DNA from: Longimicrobiales bacterium
GTDB lineage: Bacteria > Gemmatimonadota > Gemmatimonadetes > Longimicrobiales > Gaopeijiaceae
Assembly (NCBI GenBank): GCA_041690395.1
Contig: JAWLHJ010000005.1
Coordinates: 552,134-616,133, forward strand
DNA length: 64,000 nucleotides
Reading direction: 5' to 3'
Shown here in pieces: positions 47,587-64,000 of this stretch. Each line of letters opens with the position of its first letter. Position 1 is the first letter of the stretch. A program made the translations under genes and the position numbers. The notes under the pieces were generated by a model, which worked only from the letters and a program-made list of their open reading frames with translations, searched no databases and had not been told where the DNA came from.

Positions 47587-47632
47587 CTGGGAGCCGTCAG
47601 CAGTGGAAGGGTACACGAACGGCTCGAGACAG
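47587..47632 (+). promoter_or_regulatory. Putative L1-binding autoregulatory RNA site in the rplA leader
   Basis: CTG-GGAGCCG...CGGCTC-GAGA-CAG: two helices around an asymmetric purine-rich internal loop, resembling the L1 target, directly before the rplA start. Confidence 0.55.
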
Positions 47633-47633
47633 G

Positions 47634-48329
47634 ATGGCTAAGAACGGGAAGCGCTATGCCGCGGCACGCATCGCCGTGCCCGTCGGGGCAAAATTCCCCC
47701 CCGACCAGGCGGTACAGCTCGTGAAACAGCTCGCGTTCGCGAAGTTCGACGAAACGGTCGAAGTCGCGACGCGTCTAGGGGTCGATCCCCGGAAGGCGGA
47801 CCAGTTGGTCCGCGGAACCGTCGTCCTCCCCCACGGAACCGGTAAGACGGTTCGCGTGCTCGCGGTCGCCCAGGGCGAGAAGGAAGCCGAGGCGAAGGAA
47901 GCGGGCGCCGACTACGTGGGCGTGGACTTCATCCAGAAGATCCAGGAAGGCTGGCTCGACTTCGACGTGCTCGTGGTCACGCCGGACCTGATGGGCAAGG
48001 TCGGTCCGCTGGGCCGCGTGCTCGGTCCGCGTGGTCTCATGCCGACGCCGAAGGCCGGTACGGTGACCTTCGACATCGGCAAGGCCGTGAAGGACATCAA
48101 GGCCGGTAAGATCGAGTTCCGCGTCGACAAGACCGGAAACGTGCACGCTCCCATCGGGAAGGTGTCGTTCTCCGAGGAGGCGCTGAAGGAGAACCTCGGC
48201 GCCTTCATGGATCAGATCGTTCGCGCCAAGCCGTCCGCGGCGAAGGGCGTGTACGTGAAGAGCGTCACGGTGTCCAGCACCATGGGCCCGGGCGTCCCCA
48301 TCGACCCGAACCTCTACAGGAGGGCCTGA
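47634..48329 (+). CDS. rplA: 50S ribosomal protein L1
   Basis: [21 protein letters not shown]...[26 protein letters not shown]. Confidence 0.98.
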   Translation: MAKNGKRYAAARIAVPVGAKFPPDQAVQLVKQLAFAKFDETVEVATRLGVDPRKADQLVRGTVVLPHGTGKTVRVLAVAQGEKEAEAKEAGADYVGVDFIQKIQEGWLDFDVLVVTPDLMGKVGPLGRVLGPRGLMPTPKAGTVTFDIGKAVKDIKAGKIEFRVDKTGNVHAPIGKVSFSEEALKENLGAFMDQIVRAKPSAAKGVYVKSVTVSSTMGPGVPIDPNLYRRA

Positions 48330-48859
48330 TGGATCGCGCCAACAAAGAGACGTTCGTCGCGGAGCTGCGGGACCGGATCAACCGGGCGCCCGTGTTCTAC
48401 CTGACGGACTTCACCGGCCTGAGCGTCAAGCAGATGACGAGCCTGCGGCGTTCGCTGCGGGCGCAGGGCGCCGAGTACGTGGTGGTGAAGAACCGCCTCG
48501 CGCTGCGGGCCCTCTCCGGAACGGAGCTGCCGGATATCTCCGACAGCCTGACGGGCCCGACGGGCATGGTCTTCGGGTACGAAGACGCCGTCGGCGCCGC
48601 GAAGGCGCTGTCGGAGTTCGCGAAGGATCACGATCAGCGGCCGGTGTTCAAGCTGGGCGTCCTGGACAGCAAGGTCCTGGCGCCGGAGCAGATCGACCGG
48701 ATCGCGAAGCTTCCGCCGAAGGAGCAGCTGTACGCCGAGCTGGCGGGTGCCATGGAGGCGCCGATGGCCGCGCTCGCGAGCGTCCTCGGAGCGAAGCTTC
48801 AGGAAACGGCCGGACTTCTCGACGCGCTCAAGCAGGAGCGCGAGCAGGCCGGTAGTTAG
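48329..48859 (+). CDS. rplJ: 50S ribosomal protein L10
   Basis: DFTGLSV, LR, VVKN.L, L.GPT, LP.KEQL; TGATG overlap with rplA. Confidence 0.95.
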   Translation: MDRANKETFVAELRDRINRAPVFYLTDFTGLSVKQMTSLRRSLRAQGAEYVVVKNRLALRALSGTELPDISDSLTGPTGMVFGYEDAVGAAKALSEFAKDHDQRPVFKLGVLDSKVLAPEQIDRIAKLPPKEQLYAELAGAMEAPMAALASVLGAKLQETAGLLDALKQEREQAGS

Positions 48860-48968
48860 CCCGCATCCCGGGCATAGTTGAGGGACGCGGGCGCGTCCCT
48901 GGTCTTAGAAACAGGGTCAACCCAATCGCCGGCGGGGCGTCGGTGAGCATCAGGAGGAACCAGGTAAA

Positions 48969-49346
48969 ATGGCGACGAATCACGAAGAGCTGCTCGACAC
49001 CATCGGCAACATGACCGTTCTCGAGCTCTCTGAGTTCGTAGACGCTTTCAAGGAGAAGTTCAACGTCACGGCCGTGGCCGCTCCGGTCGCTGCCGCGGGC
49101 GGTGCTGCTCCCGAGGCTGCTGCGGCCGAGGAACAGGACGAGTTCGAAGTCGTCCTCGAGGGCGTCGGCGACAAGAAGATCCAGGTCATCAAGGTGGTGC
49201 GCGAGCTCACCGGGCTGGGTCTGAAGGAAGCCAAGGAAGTCGTCGACGGTGCTCCGAAGACGGTGAAGGAAGCCGTCTCGAAGGAGGAGGCCGCCGAGAT
49301 GAAGGCCAAGCTCGAGGAAGTCGGCGCGACGGTCGTGCTCAAATAA
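48969..49346 (+). CDS. rplL: 50S ribosomal protein L7/L12
   Basis: TVLEL, Ala-rich hinge, [21 protein letters not shown]. Confidence 0.98.
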   Translation: MATNHEELLDTIGNMTVLELSEFVDAFKEKFNVTAVAAPVAAAGGAAPEAAAAEEQDEFEVVLEGVGDKKIQVIKVVRELTGLGLKEAKEVVDGAPKTVKEAVSKEEAAEMKAKLEEVGATVVLK

Positions 49347-49571
49347 GGTACCGGAAGCACGGCGTACGGTCTGCCGACCGGACGAAGAAGTTTGATCGGG
49401 GCGTTGGGGCCATACCCTTCCGCTCCCATGCTCGGGCCAGTGTGGATCCCCGCCGCGAGCACCCCGCAGGGGTGCATTCGCGCGTCGGGGATTCACGCGC
49501 TTGTCCCATGTCGAACACGAGATGCGCGACTCGGCGGGCTTCGCTCGCAGGGTTCGTAAGGGGGACACACG

Positions 49572-58082
<8,511 letters not shown>

Positions 58083-58111
58083 GCTGACGCGGCACCCGGC
58101 CCGTGTGGCCG

Positions 58112-58148
58112 AAACGGGGCGTCCTCTTCGTGGGGGCGCCCCGTTTTT
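58112..58148 (+). terminator. Intrinsic terminator after rpoC
   Basis: AAACGGGGCGTCCTC-TTCGT-GGGGGCGCCCCGTTTTT. Confidence 0.8.
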
Positions 58149-58160
58149 GCTCGTGGGTGG

Positions 58161-58254
58161 GGGGTGATCACACGCAGGGTTCCTATGAGGGGGCGCTTCG
58201 CTCCGGATGCTTTGCATCCGAGCCCCTCTACGGAACCCTGCGTGTGATCACCCC
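58161..58254. repeat. 94-bp hairpin element: perfect 23-bp arms around a ~45-bp core repeated (inverted) at 59.3 kb
   Basis: GGGGTGATCACACGCAGGGTTCC / GGAACCCTGCGTGTGATCACCCC; core GAGGGGGCGCTTCGCTCCGGATGCTTTGCATCCGAGCCCCTCTA. Confidence 0.8.
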
Positions 58255-58432
58255 TTCGGATCCGCTCGGGCGGGGGCGCGAGCCGGCGGGGTGCCTCAAT
58301 GGGGGCGCTTCGGCGGGCGGGAGGGCCGGGGGCCGCGAACGGCCTGGGCAGCCACTCTTGTCGGGCGGGTGGTGCGGTGGGGTCGTGCGGGGTCGGTGGG
58401 CCGGGTCGTGCGGTGGGCTGGGTAGTGCGGGC

Positions 58433-58612
58433 CGGCGGAAACTTGACATTCGTGTCGGGGCGAGCCTGACATGGCGCCTTTTGCCCCCCAGGCGGCGCGA
58501 AGTTGCACACTCGTCGGTCTCAGAGGAGCGCGCTGCGCACCTTTTCCCCCCTGAGCGGCGGCAACCCTCCATGTGGGGCCTCGGTGCTGCACGCCTGTGA
58601 GGTTTTACCCGG
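58433..58612. repeat. Single diverged, colinear copy of the 29.6-kb repeat unit
   Basis: CGGCGGAAAC..TCGTGTCG..GCGCCTTTT.CCCC.CAGGCGGCGCGAAGTTGCAC..GAGGAGCGC..GCGCAC.TTTTCCCCC.TGAGCGGCGGCAACC..CTGCACG..TGTG..GTTT aligns end to end with the tandem unit. Confidence 0.78.
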
Positions 58613-58625
58613 CCCGGCGCCCTTG

Positions 58626-59141
58626 CTATGCGCGGGCGTCCGTGAACCACTCCGCGCGCGGCCAGGTGAGCGCAAGCCCGAGCACGTAGACCGGCAGCGC
58701 CACCCATACGACCGGCGTGGTGCCGAGGAGCAGGAAGAAGATCCCTCCTAGGAGCGCCGGCCCCTCGAGGAGAGCGTGCGCGACGATGGTGTGCGTCTGA
58801 GCGCTTCTGCTCGCCGACCCACCGGCTTCCTCGGCGCCGTCCTCGGCGCTACCTCCGGCGCGTCCGGCCTCGCGCCCCTCTCCCCGACCCTCCTCCGCGG
58901 AGCCGGGCAGGAGCGGTTCGGCGGCCCGCGTCCGGAAGTACAGCGCGCCCGCCAGGGCCGGCAACGCCACCGCCGCCCACACGACGAGCGCGAGCGACCC
59001 CGCCAGGACGTCCGGCCTCAAACCGTTCGCGCCACCGCCCGTCAGCACCCAGGCGATCAGCCAGAACACGAAGACGCCACCCGCCAGCGTCATCACGATG
59101 AGCCGGGTGACCTGAAACTCCCCTGGACGCGATGATGGCAC
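58626..59141 (-). CDS. Four-TM hypothetical membrane protein
   Basis: Four hydrophobic segments, ALLEGPALLG motif, low-complexity central loop; start uncertain. Confidence 0.65.
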   Translation of the reverse strand: MPSSRPGEFQVTRLIVMTLAGGVFVFWLIAWVLTGGGANGLRPDVLAGSLALVVWAAVALPALAGALYFRTRAAEPLLPGSAEEGRGEGREAGRAGGSAEDGAEEAGGSASRSAQTHTIVAHALLEGPALLGGIFFLLLGTTPVVWVALPVYVLGLALTWPRAEWFTDARA

Positions 59142-59281
59142 TGTCGGACCCCCCTGGTGGCAAGTGAAGTTCCCGGAGCACGCCCAACACGGGCGTCCAC
59201 CAACCTACAGTCTCCGCCCTCCGCCCGCCCTCTGGCGGCCCCGGCGGCGTTGTCGCCGCTACGGGGACCCGGCGGGCGCGA

Positions 59282-59377
59282 GGCGATGTGCGCGAGGCAC
59301 GTCTCGTAGAGGGGCTCGGATGCAACGCATCCGGAGCGAAGCGCCCCCTCCTAGGGACGTGCATCCCGCACATCGCC
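59282..59377. repeat. 96-bp hairpin element carrying the inverted copy of the 58.2-kb core with different outer arms
   Basis: Core TAGAGGGGCTCGGATGCAACGCATCCGGAGCGAAGCGCCCCCTC; outer arms GGCGATGTGCG..GCACGTC / GACGTGC..CGCACATCGCC. Confidence 0.78.
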
Positions 59378-59408
59378 CCCACCACATCCGCAAACCCGCC
59401 CCGCACCG

Positions 59409-59437
59409 TTGACACCCCCCGGGCCCGCCTCTACCTT
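59409..59437 (+). promoter_or_regulatory. sigma70 promoter of the str operon
   Basis: TTGACA (59409-59414), 17-bp spacer, TACCTT (59432-59437). Confidence 0.75.
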
Positions 59438-59529
59438 ACCATGCTCTCGACGGACCATGTCCGCCCAGAGATCCAGACCGACAGGCGCGCGACGCGAAGC
59501 AGGCGCGCTTTTTTCAAGCCAGAGGGTAC

Positions 59530-59901
59530 ATGCCGACCATCAACCAGCTCGTTCGCAAGGGCCGGAAAGCCGTCAAGAAGAAGAACAAGGCTCCGGCGCT
59601 GCAGCGTAATCCGCAGAAGCGGGGGGTTTGCACGCGCGTCTATACCACGACGCCGAAGAAGCCGAACTCCGCCCTTCGGAAGGTCGCACGTGTACGTCTC
59701 ACGAACGGGTTCGAAGTCACCGCCTACATCGGCGGTGAAGGGCATAACCTCCAGGAGCACTCGATCGTCATGATCCGCGGCGGCCGTGTGAAGGACCTCC
59801 CGGGCGTACGGTACCACATCATTCGTGGCACCCTCGACGCCTCCGGGGTCAGCGACCGCCGGCAGGGGCGCTCCAAGTACGGGGCCAAGCGGCCCAAGTA
59901 A
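59530..59901 (+). CDS. rpsL: 30S ribosomal protein S12
   Basis: [32 protein letters not shown]. Confidence 0.98.
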   Translation: MPTINQLVRKGRKAVKKKNKAPALQRNPQKRGVCTRVYTTTPKKPNSALRKVARVRLTNGFEVTAYIGGEGHNLQEHSIVMIRGGRVKDLPGVRYHIIRGTLDASGVSDRRQGRSKYGAKRPK

Positions 59902-59915
59902 GGTAGAAAAAAGAG

Positions 59916-60386
59916 ATGAGCCGTCGTTCCCGTGCAGTAAAGAGAGAGACTCCTCCCGATCCGAAGTTCGAGTCCCGCGCCGTCACCAAGTTCATCAACA
60001 ACTTGATGTACGACGGGAAGAAGTCGGTCGCGGAGCGAATCTTCTATGACGCGATGGACATCATGGAGCAGCGGGCGGGTCAGCCCGGCCTCCAGGTGTT
60101 CGAGCAGGCGCTGAACAACGCCAAGCCCGCGCTCGAGGTGAAGAGCCGCCGCGTGGGTGGTGCCACCTATCAGGTGCCGGTCGAGGTCCGCCCGGAGCGG
60201 CGCACCGCGCTGGCCAGCCGGTGGCTGATCACGTTCGCGCGGGGTCGCTCGGAGAAGAGCATGGCCGAGCGTCTCGCAGCGGAGCTGCTCGCAGCGGCCC
60301 GCGGTGAGGGATCCACAGTGAAGAAGAAGGACGACACGCACCGGATGGCTGAAGCGAACAAGGCGTTCGCCCACTATCGCTGGTAG
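59916..60386 (+). CDS. rpsG: 30S ribosomal protein S7
   Basis: [37 protein letters not shown]. Confidence 0.98.
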   Translation: MSRRSRAVKRETPPDPKFESRAVTKFINNLMYDGKKSVAERIFYDAMDIMEQRAGQPGLQVFEQALNNAKPALEVKSRRVGGATYQVPVEVRPERRTALASRWLITFARGRSEKSMAERLAAELLAAARGEGSTVKKKDDTHRMAEANKAFAHYRW

Positions 60387-60578
60387 CGGGTCGGTAGGGC
60401 TCGGGCTCCGAAAGAGCTCGGGAAAAATTCAAGACGCGATGGCCTGCGGGCCCTCTCCGATCAGTTGGAGCGCGGACACCTGTTCGCCCCTCGTGGGCGG
60501 CAGCAGCACATGCCGCGCTTCTTTTTTGCACCCCAGGGTGCTGCACGCGAAGGACAACGTCAGAAGGACCTGAGATAG

Positions 60579-62678
<2,100 letters not shown>

Positions 62679-62722
62679 TCCAGACCTAACGTTTACCGCG
62701 ACAGAACGAGAAGAGGGCTACG

Positions 62723-63913
<1,191 letters not shown>

Positions 63914-63914
63914 T

Positions 63915-64000
63915 ACGGACGTGTTGGGCGGGACCTGCGCGCCAGCCGCGGGGTCCTCATCCGACTCGGGCCGCTACGCCGGTGGGTGGGCGGGTTCGGG
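63915..64000. repeat. Copy of the post-tuf element, truncated by the window end
   Basis: Matches 45582-45667 across all 86 bases compared by eye. Confidence 0.85.

Overview
This is a high-GC (roughly 70% by eye) bacterial core-genome window. Gene content and protein style suggest Gemmatimonadota (inference, not tested). The left two-thirds is densely packed housekeeping and envelope genes: YyaL-like, DedA, a CoaE-PHP fusion, NrnA, Fur, agmatinase, a PLD/cardiolipin synthase-like gene, CcdA, ABC exporter, GGT, MurQ, a GT-C membrane protein, a peptidase/beta-propeller/Omp85 protein, class II RNR NrdJ with tandem NrdR boxes, an M28 glutaminyl-cyclase-like lipoprotein, nitrilase, YggX, DksA, RNase D, pyk, pgi, smpB, amidase, pyrD, pyrF and cysS. 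A small lower-GC islet with HicAB and toxin-antitoxin debris lies at 9.7-10.85 kb. The right third is the tRNA-tuf-rpmG-secE-nusG-rplKAJL-rpoBC-rpsLG-fusA-tuf cluster. There are no cas genes, transposases, integrases or rRNA. The least explained signal is non-coding: a dispersed ~180-bp element built from palindromic CCCCGC-nnn-GCGGGG modules at a 61-bp period, resembling type I-E CRISPR geometry. It occurs as a 4x tandem array at 29.6-30.4 kb and as single diverged copies at 9.5 and 58.4 kb. Several very long hairpin elements also lie around tuf and rpoC. Other points of interest are the CoaE-PHP fusion beside NrnA, a possible pyroglutamate 'Q-rule' system, a 132-aa RpoB insertion and two EF-Tu paralogues that differ only in the G domain. 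All product calls come from motif recognition by eye; no database search was run.
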